Positions 48,355 to 57,060 are shown, counted from the first letter of the stretch. The stretch is 64,000 nucleotides of DNA from an uncultured archaeon (GCA_964427715.1 CAYRUV010000001.1:124125-188124); one strand, 5' to 3'. The notes: generated by a model from the letters alone, not told the origin. A program made the numbers and translations.

Positions 48355-49599
48355 CTAGATGAGCGCATTCGAGTCCGCGTTCGCGTCCCCCACCACGAGG
48401 GAGAAGTCCCCGGGGGTCGTGTTGGTGTCGTTGGCATTACTATCAACCGGCACTTCGACGATGGGCGGGTTGAGCGTGCTCTCAATGAGGGCCTCGCATC
48501 CCTTGAGTTCAGGGTGCGCCGCGCAGAGGTAGAGGGGGATGCTCTTCTGTCCGACGAATGCATACGTGCAGTCGATGATGAAGGAGGGCGTATACTTGAG
48601 GGGGTTCCATGCCAATCCCTCTTTGGTATTCTGGATTAGGATTTGGTCGGCCCCTGAGTTTTCATCCTGAACGCACGTGACGAATTCTTCTTGGGTGGCC
48701 TTGCTGTTGGCTCCGGCCTCCTTGATGCAGGCCTTCATGTAATTAATGTCAATGTTTCCGTGGAACTGCGCGCTGAAGTAGTTGCACTCCGTGTAGGCAT
48801 TGAGGAATCCGAGCTTGTCGGCGCACACCGCTCCCTTGTTGGTGGTGAAGGCCTCTTGGATATCCTTGAGGGTGAGTCGGTTATACATGATGGGCCGATA
48901 CTCGATGGACAATTCGGAGTATTGCTGCGTGAGTCCGTTGATGATTTTTTGGGCCTCAATGCAGGGCTTGCAGTCTCCATAGTCGAGCTGGGCCGTGAGG
49001 AGAATCTTTCCTTCGGGCACTTCGCACGTGCTGGGCTTCTGGACGTAGGTCAATAGTTTGGGTTGTTTGTCTAGGAATTTCTCCGGGATGATGACCCATC
49101 CCTTCTTGGTGGTCAAGGGCTCATTGATGAATTGTCCTTGGAGTGCCCCCTGAATCGTGGAGTTTTGGTCCAATCCAGCCACGCTCACTAGGGCGGTGGG
49201 AACGTAGACTAGGTTGAATTCCTTCACTAGGGCTTGCCCCTCTTCCGAGTGGAGGTCAATCGTGTTCAGGTCATACACGACGTTGCTCTCATCGAGTTTG
49301 GCGAGAATCGTATTGGTCTTCGGGCAGAAGATACAGGATTGATCCACGATGAGTTTGATCTGGACCGGTTGAACGATGGGGGTGGGCTGGTCTACGTGGG
49401 TGAGCTTGGTGAAGACTAGTATGCCCACAATCAATACAACGGCTACAAGGATGAGTCCGATGGCCAGGGCCTTTCGGTTGGACGCCGGGGGGGTTTGAGG
49501 ATGAGTGTGAGGGGTCGGGTGGTTCGCGTGGGCTTCTGGGGCGTGGTCGGGGTGCGCGTTTGCGTGTGTGTGTCCGTCGGCGTGAGTGTGGGTTTCCAT
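48355..49599 (-). CDS. membrane-anchored tandem thioredoxin-fold (DsbA-like) protein
   Basis: His-rich N-tail, one TM, CIFC and CKPC motifs, cis-Pro-like YVPT and YTPS. Confidence 0.72.
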   Translation of the reverse strand: METHTHADGHTHANAHPDHAPEAHANHPTPHTHPQTPPASNRKALAIGLILVAVVLIVGILVFTKLTHVDQPTPIVQPVQIKLIVDQSCIFCPKTNTILAKLDESNVVYDLNTIDLHSEEGQALVKEFNLVYVPTALVSVAGLDQNSTIQGALQGQFINEPLTTKKGWVIIPEKFLDKQPKLLTYVQKPSTCEVPEGKILLTAQLDYGDCKPCIEAQKIINGLTQQYSELSIEYRPIMYNRLTLKDIQEAFTTNKGAVCADKLGFLNAYTECNYFSAQFHGNIDINYMKACIKEAGANSKATQEEFVTCVQDENSGADQILIQNTKEGLAWNPLKYTPSFIIDCTYAFVGQKSIPLYLCAAHPELKGCEALIESTLNPPIVEVPVDSNANDTNTTPGDFSLVVGDANADSNALI

Positions 49600-49661
49600 A
49601 GCGTTTTAGGGCATCGAATGGCTTTAAAATGGGCATTACGGCAGTAGCCTATCGGCTTCCT

Positions 49662-50441
49662 ATGGCCTACTGGGTGGATTTTCACACGCACATCCTGGAT
49701 TCCCCAGACCTCTCCTCGATTGAGCGGGATAGCAAGGCCCAAAACGTCAATGCGTGGCTAGTGAACAGCGTGGATTTGGAGAACCACGCCCTCCTTTCTA
49801 AAAACCCCCCCTCTTTCCCCTCGGCCATCGTGGGGGTGGGGTGGCACCCGGAGCAGGTGATTGAGGTCGTTGAGAGTCGCATTCCTTCCATCCTGAAAAA
49901 GTTTGAACCGCTCGTGAAGAAGGCCCCTTACTTGGGAGAAACCGGGTTGGATTTTTTGTATGGGAAGACACCTGAACATCAAACCGCCCAAAAGAAAGTA
50001 TTTGCTCAATTCGTGGATTGGGCGAGTGAGTACGAGAAACTCATTGAGGTTCACACGCGCCATGCCAAGCAAGAATCGTTGGATTTGCTCGCGGACAAGA
50101 ATGCGGAGCGCGTAATCCTTCACTGGTTCTCAGGCAATCAAAAGCAACAGAAGCTGATTATTTCACGCAAGTGGGTGGTGACGGTGGGCCCCACCATCTT
50201 AAATTCTCCCCACATGAATCACTTTATCGAGCGGCAGCCCTTGGAGTTGTTAGGACTTGAAACGGACTCTCCCATTCCCTTCGATGGAACCCCTTCATCC
50301 CCTGCGTGGATTCCAAAAGTTGCGCGTCGGGTGGCGGAAATCAAAGGGGTTTCCCTGCGTGAGGTCAACGAGGCCCAATCCTCTATCTTTTCCCGCTTCT
50401 TTCCCGGTTTTCCTATAAACCCTTTTGGGGGAAAAGAATAG
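49662..50441 (+). CDS. tatD: TatD-family metal-dependent nuclease
   Basis: DFHTH, GWHPE, LGETGLDF, VHTR, ILHWFSG, ETDSP. Confidence 0.88.
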   Translation: MAYWVDFHTHILDSPDLSSIERDSKAQNVNAWLVNSVDLENHALLSKNPPSFPSAIVGVGWHPEQVIEVVESRIPSILKKFEPLVKKAPYLGETGLDFLYGKTPEHQTAQKKVFAQFVDWASEYEKLIEVHTRHAKQESLDLLADKNAERVILHWFSGNQKQQKLIISRKWVVTVGPTILNSPHMNHFIERQPLELLGLETDSPIPFDGTPSSPAWIPKVARRVAEIKGVSLREVNEAQSSIFSRFFPGFPINPFGGKE

Positions 50442-50442
50442 T

Positions 50443-50745
50443 ATGTCGACCCTCACCATCATTCTCACGGTTGGAGTTGTCCTCCTCGTGGGGTTAAACC
50501 TCTTGGCGTCGATTCTTCCTCGGAAGCAAAAAGTCCAGGTGACCTTTATTCCTCCCTCCGCGGTCCCCGTGAATAGTCCCGAGATGCCTGCGCGGAACGA
50601 GGGGGCATTGGCCGCCATCAACACGAAGATTGCCCAATTATTCTCCCGCGTGGAGGAGTTGGAACTCCGCATGCAGAGCATGGAGTCTCCCTCCATGAAC
50701 GAGTCCGAGTGGATTGAGACCGTTCCCGTGCGGAAGAGAAAGTAA
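50443..50745 (+). CDS. small single-TM coiled-coil protein
   Basis: N-terminal TM, then a heptad INTKIAQLFSRVEELE. Confidence 0.6.
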   Translation: MSTLTIILTVGVVLLVGLNLLASILPRKQKVQVTFIPPSAVPVNSPEMPARNEGALAAINTKIAQLFSRVEELELRMQSMESPSMNESEWIETVPVRKRK

Positions 50746-50762
50746 ACCCGGTTGTGTCACGT

Positions 50763-51356
50763 ATGGCTGAGAATAATCCCCCCATGATGGATGAAGAGAA
50801 TCCGTATTCCATTTCTCCCATGCAGTGTCACCAGTGCCACAAGCAGGCGTCCCTGGTTCAGGTCACGGAAACCATTCCCTTGTTTGGAAAACTGTTGATG
50901 CAAACCCTCTCGTGCTCTCACTGCGGATTCAAGTGGTCCGATGCGATGAGTTTAGAGTTCCGTGAACCCTGTGCGTATGAGGCTCACATTCGAAGTGAGA
51001 AGGACATGCACATCAAGATTGTAAGGAACTCCTCGGGGACGATTGAGATTCCAGAATTGGGGGTGTTGTTGGAACCCGGTCCCTTTGCGGAGGGATTCTT
51101 CACCAACATTGAGGGTTTTTTGGAACGTGTAGAGGGTGTGCTGCGCGTCTTCGTGAATGGGGGGACTCCTGAACAAAAAAAGGCCGCCCAGTCTCGTATT
51201 GAAGAGTTGGAAAAGTGTCGCTCGGGAAAGATGCCCTTTACCATTATCGTGAAGGATCCCTTCGGTGGAAGCGCGCTGATTGGCCATGGTGTGACGCGTC
51301 AATCCTTGAAGGACGAAGAGGCAAAGAGCTTGAAGAAAGGAGTTAGTCTGGGCTAG
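50763..51356 (+). CDS. ZPR1-type zinc finger protein
   Basis: CHQC...IPLFG...CSHCGF, IPELG..LEPG, TNIEGFLER, DPFGGS. Confidence 0.9.
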   Translation: MAENNPPMMDEENPYSISPMQCHQCHKQASLVQVTETIPLFGKLLMQTLSCSHCGFKWSDAMSLEFREPCAYEAHIRSEKDMHIKIVRNSSGTIEIPELGVLLEPGPFAEGFFTNIEGFLERVEGVLRVFVNGGTPEQKKAAQSRIEELEKCRSGKMPFTIIVKDPFGGSALIGHGVTRQSLKDEEAKSLKKGVSLG

Positions 51357-51366
51357 TATTTCTATC

Positions 51367-51930
51367 TCACTTCTTTTTTTTCCGGGATACATTAATCATG
51401 GAGCGGGTCCTTTCTTCCAATTCTTTCGGATCGTTGAGTACGCGAATCATCTCCTCTTCGACCTGTTTGTAGCTTCGGATGACCCTTTCTAGAGGGGTGA
51501 TTCTCTTCCGTTCTTCAGCGACCGTCAGGGGCGTCTTCTCCACACTCATGTGGTGGCGGAGCATGCTCTTGTACATCTCCATCCGGTGTAGTTTGAGTTC
51601 CATCTGGAATATTTCTTTGGCGACAGGAATCATGTGGCGCACCATCGCGTCATCGACGAACTTGCTTTCTCTGGCTTGCCGAGAGAATAACATCTGTCGT
51701 GTGTCTTGTTCGTTGGCTATATTTTCCAATGCATGTTCGTACTCCATGGTGCGCTTGGCATACCATGCGAGCTTGTGCGCTCGAGTCATTATCACAGGGG
51801 GGGATATTCGCATGAAGCGAAATAATGGCATGGCTCGTGCGTCCACTTTCTCGGGCGCCTTGGCTGCCAGCCTTAATTTGATTTGATTGGCCGGCCTAAT
51901 CATTCTTTGATTTCCACGTCTTTCGCTCAT
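51367..51930 (-). CDS. basic Arg/Met-rich hypothetical protein
   Basis: Long helical ORF with no recognisable family motif; start uncertain (51948/51930/51903). Confidence 0.6.
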   Translation of the reverse strand: MSERRGNQRMIRPANQIKLRLAAKAPEKVDARAMPLFRFMRISPPVIMTRAHKLAWYAKRTMEYEHALENIANEQDTRQMLFSRQARESKFVDDAMVRHMIPVAKEIFQMELKLHRMEMYKSMLRHHMSVEKTPLTVAEERKRITPLERVIRSYKQVEEEMIRVLNDPKELEERTRSMINVSRKKKK

Positions 51931-52594
51931 TCGTGTCTCCACTCTCATTTCGCGTGTGTTTGGCGATGATGCTGGCCGCGCTCACGCTGGGCTCGATATC
52001 GTCGGCTTTTTCTTGGAATACAATTCCCTTCATTCCTTTTCTCAATGGTTTTCCGTCCATCAATGTCATGCTTTCGGGTGAGAGTTTTTCTTTGAGTGAG
52101 TGGAAAGCCAGTGCGATTTCCGCTTGGATGTCATTCATCGTGAGTCCTTTTTTTCGCAGCTCATCTATCATGCGTGCGCTCACGGATACGCGCATATCAA
52201 TCAGTGCATGTTGCGTGGCTTCTTGGTAGTGCTTGGCAATGTTGCTCGTTTTTTTTGAGTCGCGTAGTCCGCGCAACGCGTTTCGCGGTCCTAACACTCC
52301 TCCCACCACTAAGGGTCCTGTCTTCTCTCCGCGTCCCACTTCATCAATCCCAAACACCCGTTCGTCGTTTTCTTTTTCCATCCAGGAGAGGAGTTTTTCC
52401 TTGACGGCTTTCTCCACTTCCGCGTGTTTGGCGGCAATGACGATTTTTCCGGAGGTGTACACCGTCACCACGCTATCCCCCACTTTGTGTCGGGCTTTTT
52501 CGTACTGTGAGGGGGTTGGTAGGGAGGGATATTTGTCCAGCTCCTTGAGTACGGTCTTGGTTTCTTGGGGGGTGAAGGATAGGGTCACGACCAT
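51896..52594 (-). CDS. rnhB: type 2 ribonuclease H with HIII-like (TBP-like) N-terminal domain and short C-terminus
   Basis: YEKARHKVGDSVVTVYTSGKIVI; GIDEVGRGE, DSKK, MDG, KADD..PSVSAASIIAK. Confidence 0.8.
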   Translation of the reverse strand: MVVTLSFTPQETKTVLKELDKYPSLPTPSQYEKARHKVGDSVVTVYTSGKIVIAAKHAEVEKAVKEKLLSWMEKENDERVFGIDEVGRGEKTGPLVVGGVLGPRNALRGLRDSKKTSNIAKHYQEATQHALIDMRVSVSARMIDELRKKGLTMNDIQAEIALAFHSLKEKLSPESMTLMDGKPLRKGMKGIVFQEKADDIEPSVSAASIIAKHTRNESGDTNERKTWKSKND

Positions 52595-52652
52595 GGGAGG
52601 GACGACCCCTCCTGAGTATTTAATGGTCTTCCGTTGCGAGAAGAAAAAGTTC

Positions 52653-52712
52653 GGGTCAGACGTGAGTTAATTCATCATCCTTGCGTCAGTCGGGGTTTAC
52701 GTCATCATTCCC
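52653..52712 (-). ncRNA. box C/D guide sRNA
   Basis: GGGA-ATGATGA(C)-CGTAAACCCCGA-CTGA(D')-CGCAAGG-ATGATGA(C')-ATTAACTCACGT-CTGA(D)-CCC: four perfect boxes, two 12-nt guides, terminal stem. Confidence 0.9.
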
Positions 52713-52742
52713 ACCTAGTAGGGGGAGGGAGACTTCTAAAAG

Positions 52743-53039
52743 CTAATCAAATGGGCGCGTGACCGAAACATAGGATAGGATGGCGGCCAGGGAGAGGTTC
52801 ACAATCAATGCGGCGGCGAGGATGGGTTTGAACTCGCTGAAGGCTTGAGCGTTGTATTGGAGCGTCTCGAGCATGGTGGATAGGCAGTATGCGAAGGCCT
52901 GGAGCATTCCAAACGAGAGGATAATCCAATAGGCACGGCTCTCTCCCGCGTGGGGAATCGATTTCCATGCGAATCGGAACGCGAAGAGGAATGCCACGGC
53001 TCCAATGGCATCCATGATAGGGATGAGGTCATACATCAT
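52743..53039 (-). CDS. small 3-TM membrane protein
   Basis: Three hydrophobic helices; 1-nt overlap with the upstream 3-TM gene. Confidence 0.6.
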   Translation of the reverse strand: MMYDLIPIMDAIGAVAFLFAFRFAWKSIPHAGESRAYWIILSFGMLQAFAYCLSTMLETLQYNAQAFSEFKPILAAALIVNLSLAAILSYVSVTRPFD

Positions 53040-53344
53040 TATTTCTCCCTCGATAATCGTTCCATTTTCTTGCGCATGAACTGTTGTCCTTCATAGTTGC
53101 GCTGGGTCCAATACAGGAAGAGGACTCCTCCTCCTAGAATTCCGACGAGGTGATAGAGAATGTGAAAGGACTCGTTCCAGGTCATCAGCCAGATGTTTTG
53201 GGAAATGATTCCTATCACAATGGCGGTGAATCCGAAAAAGAATATTTTGGATGAGCGGGAGGCTCGATAATCCAGGATAGCCGGGATATACCCTAGCACC
53301 GCGAAGAGCAATACCAATAATTCCGCGAAGGGAAGGGGGTTCAT
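53039..53344 (-). CDS. small 3-TM membrane protein
   Basis: Three hydrophobic helices, basic tail; TTTTTTATA promoter upstream. Confidence 0.6.
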   Translation of the reverse strand: MNPLPFAELLVLLFAVLGYIPAILDYRASRSSKIFFFGFTAIVIGIISQNIWLMTWNESFHILYHLVGILGGGVLFLYWTQRNYEGQQFMRKKMERLSREK

Positions 53345-53402
53345 CTTTTCATCCAGCGAATCGACCTATAAAAAAGTGTTCCATTCCAATTCAAAAAAAT
53401 GA

Positions 53403-53455
53403 ATGCGCGGGGCAGGATAGGTACCGGCCTTTTGTCAAAAGCCCCTGGAAAAGGA
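53403..53455 (-). repeat. duplicated tRNA-Leu(CAG) 3' end plus hairpin element copy C
   Basis: 53403-53418 matches 53461-53476 at 15/16 nt; the spacer holds CCTTTT-GTC-AAAAG. Confidence 0.7.
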
Positions 53456-53461
53456 ATTCCA

Positions 53462-53545
53462 TGCACGGGGCAGGATTTGAACCTACGAAGGCACTAAGCC
53501 ACCAGGACCTGAACCTGGCCCCTTAGACCGCTTGGGTACCCGTGC
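53462..53545 (-). tRNA. tRNA-Leu(CAG)
   Basis: GCACGGG/CCCGTGC-A; CCAGG-TT CAG GT-CCTGG; long variable arm. Confidence 0.95.
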
Positions 53546-53584
53546 GTGAAGGGATTAGTGGGAAACAAGTCATATAAAGGGTGT

Positions 53585-54166
53585 TCAGGCCCACTCGATT
53601 TTGATCACATGGAGTGCTTCAAAGGATAGTTTGAGGTAAGAAACCACCTTCGTTTTGAAGTGTCGTTTGTGGAGGGCCGTTTGGATATTCTCAATTCCAT
53701 TCAGGGAAGACACGAGCAAGAGACACATGCCCTTCTCCCCCAAGTGTTTGGGGAATTGCGACATGAATCGGTTGATGACTTCCCTGCCTTCCTCTCCTCC
53801 ATCCACCTCCATCCATTTGAGTTCATCGGAAGGAACGTAGGGGGGGTTGAACACCATCACGTCAAATTTTCCCTTGATTCCCTCGAATAAGTTTCCAAGG
53901 GTGCATTGCGTGTGGGCATGAGCAAAATAGGTCTCAATCATTTTTTGGGTAGTGCGTATCGCCGCGGGGTTAAGATCGATGGCATGCACGCTCTCGGCGC
54001 CGCCCAACAATAATGCAGCGGTCTGGATGCCGCTTCCGCATCCCATGTCTAGGCATTTCTTCCCGCGCACGTTTTCGTTTTCGATGGCATGGGCCAATAG
54101 CCAGGAGTCATCACTCGGCGCATACCCTTCGTCGGGCTTCTTGAATCGGATTGTTTCCAACTTCAT
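53585..54166 (-). CDS. HemK2/PrmC-type protein-glutamine N5-methyltransferase
   Basis: YAPSDDSWLL, LDMGCGSG, IDLNP, FNPPY, DGGEEGREVI. Confidence 0.88.
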   Translation of the reverse strand: MKLETIRFKKPDEGYAPSDDSWLLAHAIENENVRGKKCLDMGCGSGIQTAALLLGGAESVHAIDLNPAAIRTTQKMIETYFAHAHTQCTLGNLFEGIKGKFDVMVFNPPYVPSDELKWMEVDGGEEGREVINRFMSQFPKHLGEKGMCLLLVSSLNGIENIQTALHKRHFKTKVVSYLKLSFEALHVIKIEWA

Positions 54167-54276
54167 TATGTTATAGTGGCGTAAATCAACGCATTTAAAT
54201 GAATTCATTTTCACTCAGGGTGCGTTCCAGAAAATGAAAATAATCGACGCAAAAACCTCCCAATAGGTGTACCTCG

Positions 54277-54588
54277 ATGAATGTTAGTGCCTTATTTCAC
54301 ACAGCCTCCGCTCGGATTGAAGAGAAGATATACGGAATCCAAGTGGGATTATCCGTGTATGTTGGACTCGTGAGAGCCTCCATCCAAGAAAAGATTCCCC
54401 TGCTCCAAAATCACGTTTGGGCCGCAGTGGGGATTTCATTTTTCGTCGTCTTGGCGATTCAATCCATTATTTTGATCTTGTCGTTGTTCACATTCCTTGT
54501 GAATGGGACCATGGGTCTTTCTCGATTGGTGGTGAAGTTCACAAAAGATACCATCCGTGTGGTTCAACCCCTGCGTGCGGTTCGTTGA
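54277..54588 (+). CDS. hypothetical membrane protein
   Basis: One long hydrophobic segment; fills an intergenic gap. Confidence 0.45.
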   Translation: MNVSALFHTASARIEEKIYGIQVGLSVYVGLVRASIQEKIPLLQNHVWAAVGISFFVVLAIQSIILILSLFTFLVNGTMGLSRLVVKFTKDTIRVVQPLRAVR

Positions 54589-54629
54589 TTAAGAATATCT
54601 TAAAATAGTCAAAATGGCGCTATGCGTGA

Positions 54630-54977
54630 ATGCCCTCTCCCATACGCAAAACTACTCCTGCAGTAGCCCGCCAGTATCTTGAGATGCTTTCCCGCGATCC
54701 TCCTAAAGTCACGAGTAGTATGAGGGTCGTGATTCAAATCGTGCGTGGTATTCGCGATGGGACGATTCTTCCGGCAGATATGCGTGGTCGTGTAGACTCA
54801 TATCGGGAGGTGCTGCAGGATCCCGTTTTGAGGGCAGCGGTATATCGCGTCCTCGACAAGCGTGCACAGAGGGGGGCGATGCAGGTGGATAAGTGGAGGG
54901 TTGGTTTCAGGATAAATGGATCGAGGGCGCCCAACGGGGGTCGCCGTCGACCTCCTTCGAAGTTTCGTTCTCGATAA
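54630..54977 (+). CDS. basic Arg-rich hypothetical protein
   Basis: 115 aa; TTAAAA about 25 nt upstream of the ATG. Confidence 0.55.
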   Translation: MPSPIRKTTPAVARQYLEMLSRDPPKVTSSMRVVIQIVRGIRDGTILPADMRGRVDSYREVLQDPVLRAAVYRVLDKRAQRGAMQVDKWRVGFRINGSRAPNGGRRRPPSKFRSR

Positions 54978-54988
54978 TAGTAATATTA

Positions 54989-55062
54989 CGCCGGTGCGGG
55001 GATTTGAACCCCGGTCGAGAGCTTCGGAAGCTCTAATGCTATCCAGGCTACACCACACCGGC
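54989..55062 (-). tRNA. tRNA-Arg(CCG)
   Basis: GCCGGTG/CACCGGC-G; AGAGC-TT CCG AA-GCTCT. Confidence 0.95.
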
Positions 55063-55079
55063 TGACTTTTTTTTAGAAA

Positions 55080-55163
55080 TGCAGGAAGGAGGATTCGAAC
55101 CTCCGAAGGCACTAAGCCAATAGGGCCTAAACCTATCCCCTTAGACCGCTTGGGTATTCCTGC
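55080..55163 (-). tRNA. tRNA-Leu(TAG)
   Basis: GCAGGAA/TTCCTGC-A; ATAGG-TT TAG GC-CCTAT; long variable arm; tandem with tRNA-Arg. Confidence 0.95.
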
Positions 55164-55217
55164 GTGCTAGTATGCGTGCGCGGATGCCCATAAAAACCCG
55201 GCTTTTCTTTTCCATGG

Positions 55218-55847
55218 GTGAATCGCACCATCAAGCTATTGCTTATCGCCGACGTCTTCACCACTACGGGTTTTGGTCTCATCGAGCCCATTCTCGCTAT
55301 CTACATCAATGGTACTCTTACCGGTGGATCATTGGTGGCGGCGGGACTGGCGAGTACGTTATTCCTCATCACCAAGTCGGCCGTCCAGTTGCCCTTTTCT
55401 CGCTACGTGGATGCGCATGATCACAAAATTAAGTGGTTGTTAGTCGGGACATTCATCATTTCATTAGTCCCATTCCTCTACATCTACGCCACGGATGTGA
55501 TGCATTGGTTCTTGGCGCAAATCCTATATGGAATCGGTGCCGGACTCGCGTATCCCACGTGGTTATCCTTATGGTCCACGCACCTGGACAAAAAACATGA
55601 AGGGTATGAGTGGAGTCTCTATTCAACGTCCGTGGGAATCATGATGGCCATCACCGCAACGCTAGGGGCGGTTCTCGCGGAAAGCGTGGGGTATCAATGG
55701 ACCTTCATCAGTGTAGGTTTCCTTTCCCTGGTTGGATGTGGTATTTTATTATTCCTTGAAGAAAAGGCGGAAAAGAAATCCCGACCGGTTCCGTGGGCAC
55801 ATTATCATTCTCACAAAAAAGCCAATCCGGGGGATCGACACGGGTAG
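55218..55847 (+). CDS. half-size (6 TM) MFS-like membrane protein
   Basis: Motif-A-like SRYVDAHDHK, about 6 TM, stop after the sixth helix; His-rich tail. Confidence 0.75.
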   Translation: MNRTIKLLLIADVFTTTGFGLIEPILAIYINGTLTGGSLVAAGLASTLFLITKSAVQLPFSRYVDAHDHKIKWLLVGTFIISLVPFLYIYATDVMHWFLAQILYGIGAGLAYPTWLSLWSTHLDKKHEGYEWSLYSTSVGIMMAITATLGAVLAESVGYQWTFISVGFLSLVGCGILLFLEEKAEKKSRPVPWAHYHSHKKANPGDRHG

Positions 55848-55866
55848 TTATCAGAATTGAAAACTA

Positions 55867-56844
55867 CTAGTCTCGTTCTTGCTTGATTAGGTCGCCGAAG
55901 TTAATGCGTTCGGGTGGATTTTCTTCAATGTCTTCCCGCAATCCCTTTTCTCCGTCGCTGTCTGCTGACCACTTTCTGGGTTGGGGTTCCGGCCGCCCGG
56001 ATAATTTGGAGTTGGACGGAACACCCTTGAAGAGTGAATCCAGTGTTCCCTCAAAAAAGGGCGTGCTGTTTCCGGGAGAAGAACCGAAAGAGGAATTGGA
56101 TTGTCCGCGGAAGAAAAAGAAAAGCAACCCCACTACGATCAATGCGCCCACTCCTAACAAGGGAAGATTTCCCCCGCTAACGAGACCAGTCCCATTCAGG
56201 AAGGGGATGTTGAATCCCTGTTGGTCGGTTTGCGTTAACATCGAGGGTTCGGGCTTCTCAATAATATCCAAGCGATTGGTCACGTCATTCAGTGCCGTTT
56301 GTGTGGTTTCTTTTACGGAGGATAACTCGGATTGGGTCTCGTAGACTTTTTGCTCGGTGGTGGTAGTAAATGTCTCCAACTCCTCCACGCGCGTCGAGAG
56401 GGTGGTCATGCTCGCGTCGAGGGATTCCTTCTCACTCGCGTCTAATGCATCCATCACGTTGAGGGTGACGGTTTGTTTTTCCGACTTGGGTCCTTGCGTC
56501 TGCACTTCAATGAGGTGGGGTCCCTTGGCGAACCCTGTATGTGTGACAATGGCGGTTAATCCCTCATTCGTTTTGGGATCCGCATCCCATGTGGCGCAGT
56601 GGATGATGAAGGGAATCCACTCGGGTTGTACTGCGCATGTCCCCGTAGGGTATACGGTGGCCACGAGGATGTTATCGAAGTGAATCGTCGCGGTGTTGAA
56701 CGCATCCGTCGCAGGAAGGGTGGCGCGGAATGTGAAGGGGGCGAATGTTTGCATCTTCTCCGGAGACTGTATCTCGAGCGCGAATGCGTGCGTGGAAAAT
56801 AATGCCAATGTGATGAGAATGAGGAGTTTGTTGAGGGTCTTCAT
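55867..56844 (-). CDS. exported Ig-like plus coiled-coil protein with TM anchor and cytoplasmic tail
   Basis: Signal peptide MKTLNKLLILITLALFSTHAFA, Cys pair, heptad region, TM LLGVGALIVVGLLFFFF. Confidence 0.7.
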   Translation of the reverse strand: MKTLNKLLILITLALFSTHAFALEIQSPEKMQTFAPFTFRATLPATDAFNTATIHFDNILVATVYPTGTCAVQPEWIPFIIHCATWDADPKTNEGLTAIVTHTGFAKGPHLIEVQTQGPKSEKQTVTLNVMDALDASEKESLDASMTTLSTRVEELETFTTTTEQKVYETQSELSSVKETTQTALNDVTNRLDIIEKPEPSMLTQTDQQGFNIPFLNGTGLVSGGNLPLLGVGALIVVGLLFFFFRGQSNSSFGSSPGNSTPFFEGTLDSLFKGVPSNSKLSGRPEPQPRKWSADSDGEKGLREDIEENPPERINFGDLIKQERD

Positions 56845-56964
56845 GGTCGTCATTATTCCTTTTTGCATATTTAAGGAAGGGCGGTTCGTGCGCTACATAA
56901 GAAGCAGAGCGGAGTTCATAATGCCCGTTTTTAAGGCTATTTTGGTGGTTTTTGAGTAATAGCC

Positions 56965-57036
56965 AGGCCCGTAGTGTAACGGCTATCACGGGGCATTCAC
57001 ACTGCCCAGACGGCAGTTCAACTCTGCCCGGGCCTA
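56965..57036 (+). tRNA. tRNA-Val(CAC)
   Basis: AGGCCCG/CGGGCCT-A; GGGCA-TT CAC AC-TGCCC; GGCAG-TTCAACT-CTGCC. Confidence 0.92.
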
Positions 57037-57060
57037 TTGTGGAATGAGCAAATCCATTTA

